A stretch of DNA of 64,000 nucleotides from Leucoraja ocellata (lineage: Eukaryota): positions 2,356,001-2,420,000 of the forward strand of contig JAWMAR010000253.1 of assembly GCA_036785375.1 (NCBI GenBank), written 5' to 3'. The notes under the pieces were generated by a model, which saw only the letters and a list, made by a program, of their open reading frames with translations, searched no databases and was not told the DNA's origin. Positions 24,866 through 38,310 of this stretch are shown in pieces; the stretch's first letter is position 1; each line of letters opens with the position of its first letter. A program made the position numbers and the translations under genes.

Positions 24866-25495
24866 CTGTTTCAAAGAAAAGCACAAATACAAACCATGGA
24901 ATAATAACAACCAGAAGCTGCTAGCCATGAGTTTCCCCACAAGAACATTAAGAATAGAAGATTATTTAGTTTAGTTTAGAGATACTGCATGGAAACAAGC
25001 CCTTCGGCCCACTGAGTCCTCGCCCACCAGCGATCCCCGTACACTAACACTATCCCACACACACTACGGACAATTTACAAACTCTGTACAGACAAGCACC
25101 TGTAGTTTTAGTGCAAAATCCTTCCCGTGAGTTTACAAAAATGAATCGTCCAGGTTACACTTTGCCACCAAAACTGGATTACAAGTAAACTCATTATTAG
25201 CAGAGAATGTTTAATGACTGGTGGCCCTATCATCTTACAGAAACGTCAGATGACTTGGAGAGACCTCCCTTCAAGAACCCATCCTAATGCTCTGCCATTA
25301 ATATTCAAACAGCAAATACTGGGGATGGGTTCCTAAATAAGCAAGGACTCCAACCCATGTAATGTTTCAGTACTCACCCTGCCCGTATAACCCACAGACT
25401 TGGACTCACATCGTCAGCATTTCCCCATACATCTTTATGTTCTTAAAGGTTGTTACATTGGAAAATGCACCGTTTATAAAATTGAAATAGATTAC

Positions 25496-25825
25496 CATAA
25501 ATCTTCAGTTCTGTCACTTGTTCGTGGACAGCCAGAGTCGTCCTTAAGTTCATTTCATATAGACCTTGATCATGTTCTGTTAGGTTCTGTATTTCCAGAC
25601 TACAGTCCTTCAGGTTTAACCTGATTCGCTGTTTGTTACAATGTATTGGATTGTTTTGAGATTTTATACATAATGGAACCTTTCCTGTTGTTGCTGAACT
25701 GCGGTAATCCCAAGTGAGGATTGAAATGTTTTCTCCTGAGATACATCCTGGTAACGTGACTGACTGTCCCAGTGTCCCATTCACCAAGCGATGAGTGTCT
25801 GGTTTCCCAGCAGTCTGTCCCAGAC
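25496..25825 (-). CDS. SLAM-like gene B exon 2, IgV domain
   Basis: 330 nt, phase 1-1. VNGTLGQSVTLP...W...SLEIQNL...DQGLY lacks the F-strand Cys, as in CD2/SLAM N-domains. Confidence 0.92.
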
Positions 25826-27229
25826 CTGAAACACAAGGACAAGATATTAGTGCCATCAGCTCCGGGGTGTTGGTGTTCATAGTTTCCCAGCCCAGCAGTG
25901 AGTTGCCCCAACTCTAATAATAATAATACATTTTATTTATAGGGTGCCTTTCAGGACTCTCAAGGACACCTTACAGTTAAAACAAGCATGAAACCAAAAC
26001 AACATATACAGCAACGATACGCAATTCCGAGAGAGCAGCCAATCGCGCCATCGTTCACCGTCACCTCCAGCAGCAATGTTTTCCGAGCCACCTGCAACAC
26101 ACCAAAAATAAAACACACTATTAATGAATTGAACATCTATTATATATTAAAACTGTGTGGCTGCCGCTGCCGCCTGGCGTCCGGCTGCCTTTCTGCCTTT
26201 TGATTCGCTGCTCCTTCCTATCAGCTTCCAACACTCTTCAAAACAAAGTTGCAAGACAGGAACACTCAGAACTTTTCACCTCAATGGGATATCACAGCAA
26301 GTGCTTCAACAGGAGGGGGAGAGCCAATTGGTATTGCAATTGGAACTGCTGCAGCAGGCAGGGCAGGTGCAATTGGAATTTTTTTTTAATCCACTGCTGA
26401 GGGAGGCAGGGGAGTGCTGGAATCTTACATTTGGGAACGGGTTCAGTTCTGTTGGAGGAGACGGGTGCATGGTGGAATATTGGGTTGGGGGATCACACCA
26501 TTGGGGGAGCAGACCCAACGGGTCTGCACTTGGTCTAGTAAAACATAAAAACATCCCCCCACAATGGTTCCCACTGTGAGGGAAGGCAGCAAAGTCCAGT
26601 CCTCTCCCTCCTGTTCGCCCACGGTCGGGCCTATTGAGGCCTCCGCAGTCGCCGCAACAGGACCGATGGAACTCCGGCGTCGAGAGAGAACACTCTCTGT
26701 GGTTTGGAGTGTCTGCAACGGCCGCTTCCTCCCCGGAGACCGCGGCTCCCGGAGTCCGCAGCCCGCACTGGCCGGAGCTCCGACACTGGCGATCTCGGCG
26801 GTAGATCCAAGGCTCCGTGGTGTTCAGAGTCAGCGCAGCCTGCAGCTGGACGCTCCGCAGACCACAGCTCCGAGATGTTAGAGTCGGCGGTCTCAGCACC
26901 CCGGAGCTCAGTTTCCCCCTCCCCTTTCCCCCCCACCCCCCACACAAAAGATTAAACCTCCAAAACAAAACTATTAGGACAGTAAAAAATAAATAAATGG
27001 GTGAACAGGACAGACAGCTGTAGGCAGAGCAGCCATACTCGACGGTGCCCCCTCGACTGATGGACAAGGGCAGCAGGTCTACCCATGGCAGCACCTCACA
27101 TCTTCAATTTGGAGTTTGCAAGGGTCAGTCACAGGGAGATATGCAAACTCCACACAGACATCTCTGGAGGTAGTGATTGAACCCAGTCTGGATGGATAGA
27201 TGAGATTGATAAATTAAATAAATAGAAGA

Positions 27230-27920
27230 TAGGTAGACGGACAGACAGACAGACAGACAAGTTTATTGTCACATGTACCGAGTGAAAAGCTTTTAGATAG
27301 ATACAATACAAAACGATAGAAGTTTATTTATCCCAGGAGGGAAATTAATTTGCCAACAGTCATAAAATAATTAAACTTGAAAATAAAGTGACAAATGACA
27401 GGCTTTCGGGATGTGCAAAGATTGGGGAGGGGGGTGGGGAGGGGGGTGGGGGGGGGGGGGGTAGTCAGTCTCAGTCTACCCATGACAGAAGGGGAGGAGT
27501 TGTACAGTTTGATAGCCACAGGGAAGAAGGATCTCCTGTGGCGTTCTGTGCTGCATCTTGGTGGGAACCAGTCTGTTGCTGAAGGTGCTCCTCATGTTGA
27601 CCAGTGTGTGATGGAGCAGGTGAGCTGTTATTGCCCAGGGTGCTCTGCAGTTTGAGGAGCATCCTCCCCTCCAAGCTCACCTTCATTGAATCCAACTCCA
27701 ACTCCGCCCCGCCGTCCTGATCAGTTTGTTGATCCTGTTGCCGTAGATGGCACTGGCTACCACCGGTTGGTAGAACATTTGCAGCATCTTGCAGCAGACG
27801 TTGAAGAAGCAGAGCCTTCTCAAACAGTACAGGCAGCCTGGTCCCTTCTTGTACATTGCCTCAACGTTCCTGGACCAGCCCAGTTTACTGTTCAGGTACA
27901 CTCCCAGGTATTTGTACTCC
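27230..27920 (-). mobile_element. Rex1-type LINE 3' fragment
   Basis: YKYLGV...LYCLRRL...MLQMFYQ and a TCTG-repeat tail. Confidence 0.7.
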
Positions 27921-27940
27921 TTGGATAGGTAGATGGATCA

Positions 27941-27999
<59 letters not shown>

Positions 28000-28008
28000 G
28001 ACAGACAG
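27941..28008. repeat. (GACA)n microsatellite
   Basis: Direct reading. Confidence 0.95.
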
Positions 28009-28460
28009 AGCTTGCAAACAGGCTACTCAGCCCACCGACTAAACCGATCATACCAGTTCTACATTATTCCACTTTCACATCCGCTCCATACGCACTGCGA
28101 GCAATTAACCTCCAACGCTGCACGTCTTGTGGATGTGGGAGGGGGGGGGGGGGGGGGGGGGGGCTGGGGCATCACATGTTTACACCAAGAGTGGTGGGTG
28201 TCTGGAATGCGCTGCCAGAAGTGGCTGGTGGAGGGCAGGTACGATAGTGGGGTTTAAGTGGCTTTTAGAAAGGCACATGGATATACAAGGAATACATAGA
28301 TATGGATTGTGTGCGGGCAGAGGAGTTGACATTAACTTGGCATCATGTTCGGCATGGATGTTGTGGGCTGAATGGCCTGTTCATGTGCTGTACTGTTCTA
28401 TGTAGCGACCTTCTTCCAACCTACCGCCACACCCACCCCGAGCTCAAGGCATGGACTCAC

Positions 28461-28530
28461 CTCCAGAGTTGCTCAACAGCAGCCAAAGTATCCAGATGAG
28501 GGAGTGAATCCCAGCGACTCTCCTGTCCAT
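28461..28530 (-). CDS. SLAM-like gene B exon 1, signal peptide (MDRRVAGIHSLIWILWLLLSNSG)
   Basis: ATG in GACATGG context, hydrophobic core, G|GTGAGT donor. Phase 1 matches the IgV exon. Confidence 0.85.
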
Positions 28531-29230
28531 GTCTTCGCTGAAGAGCAGGTTGTTATTGAGACACAAGAGACTGCAGATACTGGAATCTGTAGCAAGAAAA
28601 ACATAACCTGTTGGGAGGATCTCAGCAGTTCGAGCAGCGTTTGTGGAGGCAAAGACATGCTGGACAAGACTCAGACGGCAGAGGAAAGATAGTTCATGTT
28701 CATATGTCATAGGAGCAGAATTAGGCTATTCAGCCCATCGAGTCTACTCCGCCATTCAATCTTGGCTGATCTATCTTTCCCTCTCAAGCCCGTCTCCTGC
28801 CTTCTCCCCACAACCCGACACCCGCACCCTGATCCTAGACTCTCCCACTCGTGAAAACATCCTCTCCACATCCACACTATCAAGGTCTTTCACTATCCGT
28901 TAAGTTTCAGTGATATTCCCCCTCATCCTTCTAAACTGCAGCGAGTACAGGCCCAATGCCATCAAACGCTCATCTTATGTTGACCCATTCATCCCCGGGA
29001 TCATTCTATTAAAATATCTTTTAAATGCTGTTATTTCTGAACTCAAATGTATGATTCATTTTCATGGAATCCAACCATTCATTTCAACCAACCAACGAAC
29101 AATTCATGTTTCTTGCTCCCTCAGGCATTATCTCAAGAGACAAGAATCAAGAGCCGAGAGTGTTTTATTGTCACATGTTCCAGATGGAACAATGAAATTC
29201 TTACTTGCAGCAGCATTAGTAAATATAGTA

Positions 29231-29358
29231 NNNNNNNNNNNNNNNNNNNNNNNNNNNNNNNNNNNNNNNNNNNNNNNNNNNNNNNNNNNNNNNNNNNNNN
29301 NNNNNNNNNNNNNNNNNNNNNNNNNNNNNNNNNNNNNNNNNNNNNNNNNNNNNNNNNN
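29231..29358. other. Assembly gap (128 N)
   Basis: Run of N. Confidence 1.
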
Positions 29359-30644
29359 ATTGTCTGTTTTTATGTACGTATGCGTATTATATATGTGTGT
29401 GTGTGTGTGTGTATATGAATATATGAATATGAAGGAACCGCAGGTGCTGGTTTAAACCGAATATAAACACAAAATGCTGGAGTAACTCAGCAGGACAATC
29501 TGAAGAAAGGTATTGACCCAAAACGTCACCCATTCCTTCTCTCCAGCGATGCTGCCTGTCTCGTTGAGCTAGTCCAGTATTTTGTGTCTACTTTTTTATA
29601 TTCGTATATAATACGCATATATGTAAATAGAAAGAAACAAAAATAATGCAATAATAACAATAATAGTTTAGTATAGTTTTGAGATACAGTGCGGAAATAG
29701 GCCCTTCGGCCCACCAAGTCCACGCCGACCAGCGATCCCCACACACTAACACTATCCTGCACACACGGGATGATTTATAATTTTACCAAAGTCAATTGAC
29801 CTACAAATCTGTATGTTTTTGGAATGTGGAAGAGAACCGGAGCGCCCGGGGAAAATCCACGCAGGTCACGGGGAGAACCACAGACAGCACCAGGTGGTCA
29901 GGATCAAACGCGGGCCTCTAGCGTAGTAAGGCAGCAACTCTACCGCTGCGCCATCGTGCCGACCTCAATAGTCAACGTTGGTCAGATCTTATTTGGAAGC
30001 TGTTGTATTGTTTAATAGGCTAATAGTCATCTGGGAATGATGCCGTTCAAGTTAATAGTTCAATGAGTTCAATGGAGGCGTAAGTTCAACGCTCGCTACA
30101 GTGGCTGTAGAATTTATACTCAAATTCAGAACTTGGAGGATCAGCAAGTGGTTTTAATAATAGCCATAACCACAAACATCGCTGTGGAGACAGAAACTGG
30201 GTCAACGTTTTGTTTGGTTTAATGTACAGATATAGCACAGAATAAATGTCCTGCGGCCCACTGCAACCACATCGACCATCGATCACCCATTCACACTAGT
30301 TCATAAGTTCTAGAAGCAGATTTAGGCCATTCGGCCCATCAAGTCTACTCCGCCATTCAATCATAGCTGATCTATCTTTCCTCAACAATATATTCACCTG
30401 CCTTCTTACCATAACACCTGACACCCTCATTAATGAAGAATCAGTCAATTTCTGGCTTAAATATATCCATTGACTGGGCCTCTACAGCCATCTGTGGCAA
30501 TGAGTTCTACCACCCTCTTTAGTCTAAATCAATTATGTCTCATCTCCTTTCTAAAGAAACAAACATTTATCCTGAGGCTGTGATCTCTGGTCCCAGTAGT
30601 GTGCAAACTGCACAGAGGCAGTACCCGAGGTCAGAATCAAACAT

Positions 30645-31597
30645 CTGTACAGGATGGAGGTGGAGCTGCTTACAGAATGGTGCAGATCTCACAATCTCAC
30701 TCTCAATGTGGAAAAGACTAAGGAGATGGTGATCGATTTCAGGAGGGATGGAAAACGACATCACACTCCACTGCATATTGACGGAGCTGCTGTGGAGAGG
30801 GTCAGCAGTGTGAAGTTCTTGGGACTTCCCCTGGCGGATGACCTGACCTCTACGACCAACACTACAGCAGTGATCAAAAGAGCTCAGCGACGGCTCCACC
30901 CCCTCCGGAGACTAAGGAAAGCAGGTCTCCCTACTGCTCATCTAAGGACCTTCTACAGGGGCACCATCAAAAGCAGACTGACCTACGGCATCACTTCCTG
31001 GTTTGGGAGCTGCAAGGCTTACAAACAATATCAACTCAACAGGATAGTGAAGACCGCCAGCAGGATCATTGGTGCCCCACTCCCTTTCCTGTTGGAGATC
31101 TATCAGAAGCGGAGCATCAGCAGAGCCATCTCCATCATCAAGGACCCCTATCACCCATCACACCACATCTTCTCCATTCTGCCATCTGGGAAGAGGTACA
31201 GGAGCATCAGCTGCAAAACCAGCAGGATGCTCCACAGCTTCTTCCCACAGGCAATAAGACTGGTTAACGGACTGTGTCCCCTCCCCATATATCGTTTAGC
31301 AACACATTCAACCTCATCCATACTTTGACAACAAGGCTCCTGTCAAAGCAAAGCCACTGTAAAACCACTGTCGGTCAGAATGTCTGTTTTCATTCTATTG
31401 TAAATTTTAGGCCTACTTTCTGTTTTTAGACATGGTAATTTTAATTTATTTTTAAAGCTCTATGTATTTATCCTTTTTTTATTAACTATGCTGAATGGAA
31501 ACTGATCGAGTAATGTTTTTTTCGTTTCCTCTTTGTATGCAAGTACTCAGTGAAAATGATATTAAATAAATACTGAATACTGAATACTGAATACTTC
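30645..31597 (+). mobile_element. Rex1/Babar LINE, 5'-truncated
   Basis: 224-aa ORF (WC..HNLTLNVEKTKEMVIDFRR, KFLG, LPSGKRYR, SFFPQAIRL) and (GAATACT)n tail. Confidence 0.88.
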
Positions 31598-31967
31598 TCC
31601 GAAGGGCCAGACTCTGCGCTGTATCTCTAAACTGATCTAAATCTTTGAATTCAGTATGGAGGATTGCCAATCCATCCGGATTCAGGTGTTCACAAAACGT
31701 ATACATGAATTGATTATTTCCTGATAGATGCAAAACGTATGCCTTTCACCTATAACCCAAAAGATCACAATAATATCATTTTGGACCATTGTCAGTTAAC
31801 TTTCTCCAGAAAATTGGAAGGAATGTATAATGAAAAATCGTTTTGGAGATTCAACCCACAAATACTAACTGAGACAAGTTGTTGTGACTTTCTGAAGCTA
31901 CAGATGAAAATATTCTTTGAGACAAACGACACACGTGGTATTTCTGCAACATTATTGTGGGAAATTA

Positions 31968-32349
31968 CTTGATAGAGGTCTTTAAAATGATGAGAGGGAT
32001 AGGCAGAGTTGATGTGGATCAGCTTTTCCCTGTGAGAATAGGGAAGGTTCAAACAAGATGACATGACTTCAGAATTAAGGGACAGAAATTTAGGAGTAAC
32101 ATGAGGGGGAACGTCTTTACTCAGAGAGTGGTAGCGGTGTGGAATGAGCTTCCAGTGGAAGTGGTGGAGGCAGGTTCGTTGGTATCATTTAAAAATAAAT
32201 TGGATAGGCATATGGATGAGAAGGGAATGGAGGGTTATGGTATGAGTGCAGGCAGGTGGGACTAAGGGAAAAAAGTTGTTCCGCACGGACTTGTAGGGCC
32301 GAGACGGCCTGTTTCCGTGCTGTAATTGTTATATGATTATATGTTATAT
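31968..32349 (+). mobile_element. CR1 3' fragment nested in the L1
   Basis: Splits LLWE/TFMAYIR; TTATATG tail. Confidence 0.88.
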
Positions 32350-33186
32350 GAAACTTTCATGGCCTATATCAGAGACTGTATTATTGCATACCAAGCTTTT
32401 CAAAACAAGAAACATAGGACTGACCAATTGGAATTAGAAAAACAGATTAAACAGCTAGACTCAGAAAATGCGATTGACCCAACCACTGCAAAACATAATA
32501 AGATAGCTGCATTAAAATTTAAATTAAACCAGATCCTTTCTGCAAAAATTATTAGGGTATTTCATTACACTAAGCAAAAAAAAATTGAATTTGGCAACAA
32601 AACACACAAACTATTGTCAATCAGCTCCGTAAGTTAGAGAAGGATCACAGTATTCAAAACATTAGATCAGAAAAAGGAGAGCTGCCTACACTGCCTAACG
32701 ATATTAATGAAAGATTCTTAAAATTCTATCAAACACTATATTCATCAAAAACAACAGCCGATCCTGCAAAGATGAAAAGCTTTCTTGAGAATTGCAATCT
32801 CCCATCCCTTAATGAGGAGGAACGGGATGAATTAGGTGCAGAGATAACAACAAAAGGCGTTGTAGAGACTATTAAATCGTTGAAAAGTGGGAAAATGCCG
32901 GGTCTGGATGGGTTTAGTAATGAATTTTATAAAAAAAACGAATGATTTAATTTCTCCCCGCTTACAAGCCCTTTCTATTCAAGCATTTAAAGAACGGACT
33001 TTACCACAAACTCTTGCCGAATCAACTATTACATTGATTCCAAAAAAAGATAAAAACCTTGAGGAGCTTGGATCGTATAGGGCAATAGCCCTTTTATATA
33101 CAGACCAGAAGGTATTAGCTAAGACTTTGGCACATAGATTAAGCTTGGTTATTAGTAAACTAATACATCCAGACCAAACTGGGTTT

Positions 33187-33636
33187 TTTTTTTTAATATA
33201 TTTTTATTTATTGTAAGTACAGTAAGTTACAGTAGTACAAGCCACATATATCTTATTACATTTATTGTACCCCTTCATTTTTTAAGCTTTAAAGAAAGAT
33301 AGAAATAAAGAAAGTAAAGAAAGAGAGATAGAGTCGGGTTAGTGTGAAAGAGTGATCAAAAAGAAAAACCCATTAAATGAAGAATTAGAGAAGAAAGTTA
33401 AGAAATAGGCCATAGAAAAGAAAAAAAGAAATAGAAACACAAGCTCTATTATGAAAACCGCGCAAAAGGGATATACCAACTTCAAATTTTTCATCCTCCC
33501 TTACCAGAACCTGACACCATTTATTTTTTAAAATATTGTTGCACCTTATACTTGTAATAAGTCGATAAATGCAGACCACGTCTTTTGGAAGTGGTCTGAT
33601 TTGCCTGCAAGGTGAAGTCTCACATCTTCCAGGTGT
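33187..33636 (-). mobile_element. L1 3' end inserted antisense into the L1
   Basis: Poly-T start and HLEDVRL...FQKTWSAFIDLL on the minus strand. TSD AAACTGGGTTT at 33176-33186 and 33637-33647. Confidence 0.9.
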
Positions 33637-36600
33637 AAACTGGGTTTATACCTAATCGACATTGGTTTTATAATTTGAGACGTTTGTTTAATATAATATA
33701 TTTGCATAGAACGACAATCGAGGATCTAACAATTATTTCTCTAGATGCAGAAAAAGCTTTCGACCAAGTGGGATGGGCTTATCTTTTCACAGTGTTGGAA
33801 AAATTCCAATTAGGAGAAAACTTAATTTCATGGGTGAAGCTGTTATATACTAATCCGACAGCCAGAATAATGCTTTCACCTAAATTTCACTTATCTAGGG
33901 GTAACATTCAAGGATGCGCCCTTTCACCAATGTTATTAGCTTTAGCCATAGAACCCCTTGCGGAGAGTATTAGGGCATTCACGGATATAATACTAAATAT
34001 ACCACCAATAAAATTTTGTTATATGCAGATGATGTACTTTTATACATTACTAATTCCCAAGTTAGTATCCCAAACACTATGGAACAATTTGGTTCCTTCT
34101 CAGAGTATAGAATAAACTGGAATAAAAGTGAAAATTTGCCAATAAAAGCTCAAGACCCTTCTCAACTCCAAAAATTTCCTTTCAGAATTGTTACCGAAAA
34201 GTTTAGATATCTCAGAGTTTACGTGACTAGAAACCACCCCTCTCTATTTAAAACAAACTTCCCACCACTAATTACTAAACTAAATGCCTACATTCAATTT
34301 TGGAAAACACTTCCTTTCTCCCTTATAGGGTAAATGCCATAAAGATGATCTTCCTTCCGCAACTCCAATATTTATTTTAATCAATACCGTTACATCTCCC
34401 TAAAACTTTTTTTTTTTAATTGATTCCACTATCACTCATTTTATTTGGGATTACAAAACCCATAGAATACACAAAAGACATTTGTGCAAATCCAAAGAAA
34501 ATGGAGGATTAGCTCTTCCTAATTTTCTTTTTTACTACTGGGTGACTAACATTAAACCTATAATATTCTGGTTTGGACGATACATGTCAACAGGTAAATT
34601 GGTTAAAAATGGAGAGGGAAGGTTTGATTCTTTTAAACTTTAATATAGACTCGATTCTCCTATCTCCAATACATTTGAATAAGTCAATGTATGAGCAAAA
34701 TCCGATAATACACAGTACTCTATGTATTTGGAAACAGTTGAAATTAAGTCTTAAACTGAGAAACTTGTATCTCCTTCTGCCTATTGCTAACAATCCCTCG
34801 TTTAAACCGTCTGCTTTAGGTATGGTGTTTGTTCAATGGAAAAACCTGGGGATTAACACCGTGGGAGACCTCTATAAGAAGGGGACTTTCTATTCTTTTC
34901 AAAAACTACAGGAGAAATATCACTTGAACGCAAACAATCTTTTTAGATACCTTCAAATCCGAGATTATGTGAAAACATATACACAAGATTGTCCTTTTAT
35001 GGGTCCAGATATATTAGATGATAGTTTGAATAGACATGCCAATACAAATAACTTGATATCTTACATTTATCACACTCTCTTAAACGTTGATACCCCACCT
35101 TCTGAGATTTAGAGGCAAGCATGGGAAGACGAGTTGGGTTTACCTATTTCAAAAGATATATGGGAGGAAAGCCTACGATACATACATTACTTCTTTAAAT
35201 GCCAGGCATTGCCTGATACAATTCAAAATATTGCATAGGTTATACTATTCAAAGGCCAAATTGAAAAAGATTTTTCCAACTGTCTCCCCTATCTGCGATA
35301 AATGTCACCTCCAAGAAGCTACCTTAACCCATTCCTTTGCATCCTGGATAAATATACAACATTTCTGGATGGGAGTATTCGATATCATTTCTAAAACACA
35401 TAAAAATTAAACTGGAGTCAGATGCAAAACTAATAATTTTAGGAATGTCAGAGGGCTGCTCTAAGTTAACGATATTCCAAAGATGTTTCCTTGACTACGG
35501 CTTAATAACCACGAAAAAACATATACTCAAATTCTGGAAAAAGACATCAGTTCCCACAGTGAAGATGTGGATCACAGAAATGACCGAGACACTACATTTA
35601 CAAAAAATAAGGCTTGTTTTGGCTGATAAATCAGATCAATTCTCCAAAACATTGTCTCGTTTCACTGAATTTCTTCAACAATAGAATGGTTGAAGACAAA
35701 TTTTAAACCGACGGGTGTGGGGGGTGGGGGGGGGGGGGGGGGGAGGATAGTGGGACATATCTGCGTTTTTTTTCCCTTTTACTTTTATTTTTCCTCTCAC
35801 TTCTTTGGCAGTTCAGGGGTCTTTTCCTCTCTCCTTTTTGTAACTTTCTTTTCTTCATTCTTTCGTTTTTACTTTTTTTCTCCGATTCATTTATCAGCTT
35901 ATAAAATGTTAAAACTGAAGCTGTACAAAATTTGTATAATTGTCATGCTGATTGCTTTATTCTTGTACAATTGCTTCTAATAAAATAAACATTAAAACAA
36001 AAATCTTTGAATTCCAATTGAATTCCAGTCGTGTGTTACTACCTGTCACGATATTCGCCAACATCAAGGAATGATGTGTGTTTAACTAAAAAAAACACGA
36101 ATATAAACGGCTTAGTTTAGATTAGTTTAGTGATACAACGCAGAAACTGGCCCTTCGGCCCAGCGAGCCTGCACGAACCAGCGATGCCCGCACATTTGCA
36201 CTATCCTAAACATATCAGGGACAATTTACACTTGCCAACCCAATTCACGTACAAACCTGCATGTGGGAGTAAATTGAAGATCTCGGATTCAACCCACGTA
36301 TGTCACGGGGAGAATGTACAAACTCCAGACAGCACCCGAGGTCAGGATCGAACCGCTGCAACTCAACCGCTGCGCTGGACAAGGTTAACAGAGACAGTTG
36401 TATGTGTTCTATCTCTAATTGGAGGTGCGATGTGGGTGGGGAAAGGATCACGGCCCATTTAAATTTAAATTTACACCCATGCTCCGACGTCAAAATTATT
36501 TATATTGTATATCTGTCGGCCATTGGACTAGAACATCAAGAGAGAGATCCGCCAGATAAACTCATCTTAATGCCAGGAATAGTGAGCCTGAATTGGCATT

Positions 36601-37879
36601 GGATTTGGACAGCAGAACATGCCTCCCATGTACCTTGTAAGTGCCATGACGGATGGTGGGCAGAAGATGTTTTGTTAATTTTTGGTGAAGGTGAGATATA
36701 GGCTGACGTTCGGGTGGGGGGGGGGGGGATTATTTAATAGGAACCTGGGGTGCAACTATTAACGCAAAGTGTGGTGGGTGTATGGAATGAGCTTCCAGAC
36801 GAGATAGGTATAATTCCAACGTTTAAGAAAAAATAGATAGGTTCAGAGGGACAAGGGCCAAACGCAAGCAGGTGGGACTAGTGTAGATAGAAACATAGAA
36901 AATAGATGCAGGAGTAGGCCATTCGGCCCTTCGAGCCTGCACCGCCATTCAATATGATCATGGCTGATCATCCAACTCAGTATCCTGTACCTGCCTTCTC
37001 TCCATACCCCCTGATCCCTTTAGCCACAAGGGCCACATCTAACTCCCTCTTAAATATAACCAATGAACTGGCCTCAACTACCTTCTGTGGCAGAGAATTC
37101 CAGAGATTCACCACTCTCTGTGTGAAAAATGTTGTTCTCATCTCGGTCCTAAAGGATTTCCTCTTTATCCTCCCTTGTCCAGGACTTCCCCAACATCAGG
37201 AACAATCTTCCTGCATCTAGCCTGTCCAACCCCTTAAGAATTTTGTAAGTTTCTATAAGATGGGGCATGTTGGTCGGCGGCAAGAACAAAACCTGCACAT
37301 ATTTTTAAAATACGTGAAAAACCTCAAATTTTACGAGTAGTAATTGTCCACGTTTGACATCGGGGTTTCTTAAACGTTGGGATAGTCCCAGCCTCAACTA
37401 CCTCCGCTGGCAGCTTGTTACATACACCCACTACATCTTGTGTGAAAAAGTTACCCCTCAGATTCCTATTAAATCTTTTCCCCTTCACCTTGAACCTATG
37501 TCCTCTGGTCCTCGATTCCCCTACTCTGGGCAAGAGACTCTGTACATCTAGCCGATCTATTCCTCTCATGATTTTATACACATCAATAAGATCACCCCTC
37601 ATATTCCAGCTCTCCAAGGAATAGGGACCCAGATGAGGAGGTTTTTCTTTCATCAGGGGGTGGTGAATCTGTGGAATTATTTGCCACAGAAGGCTGTGGA
37701 GGCCAAGTCAATTGATATTTTTTAATGCAGCGATTCTTGACTAGTACGGGTGTCAGGGTTTATGTGGAGATTACAGGAGAATTGTGTTAAGAGGGAGAGA
37801 TAATTTGAGTGGCGGATGGGCCGAATGGCCTTATTCTGTTTCTATCACATGACATTATGATCTTGTCAACAGGTATTAG

Positions 37880-38310
37880 AATCCCATCCTAACCCATCCC
37901 GCCCCGACTTAATTCCTCTTTTTTAAATGCAACCTGCGTTGGTAAGCCTTGCATTCCCTCTGTCAACGTTACCCCCCCCCCCCCCCCCCACCCTGCTTCT
38001 CTTGCTAATTTCACTGTCTGTATTCCTTCGCTATCACCTCGTCCCCAGCCAACAATGGACCATTGTGGGCTCCACCTTTCCGAGTGATCTATGCCGGCAC
38101 TGTTTTGTTCTGTACCTTCCCATACCTCAATATCCTTCACCCCCGATTCTGAATCTGATGAAGGGCCTCGTCCCGAAAGGTCACCTATACCTTTTTCTTC
38201 CAGAGATGCTGCCTGACCCCCTGAGTTACTCCAGCATTTTGTGTCTATCCTCTGCGTCCACTTTTGCGGGTTGTCTCATTATGATCTGAAGAAGGGTCCC
38301 GGCCCGAACC
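37880..38310 (+). mobile_element. Penelope-like element terminal region with two hammerhead motifs
   Basis: CTGATGA-AGGG..CCC-GAAA-GGTC at about 38155-38183 and CTGAAGA..CCCGAA at about 38286-38308. Confidence 0.55.

Larger units (their letters stand above)
31653..36000 (+). mobile_element. L1-clade LINE, 5'-truncated and degenerate ORF2
   Basis: End of endonuclease (IDYFL..DH), RT motifs (DQTGF, SLDAEKAFD, QGCALSP, LYADD), Cys knuckle and A-rich tail. 14-bp TSD AAATCTTTGAATTC at 31639-31652 and 36001-36014. Confidence 0.92.

Noticed and set aside
26306-27094. 262-aa ORF and overlapping ORFs
   Set aside because: GC-rich repeat-like intronic sequence, open in several frames, with no domain motif.
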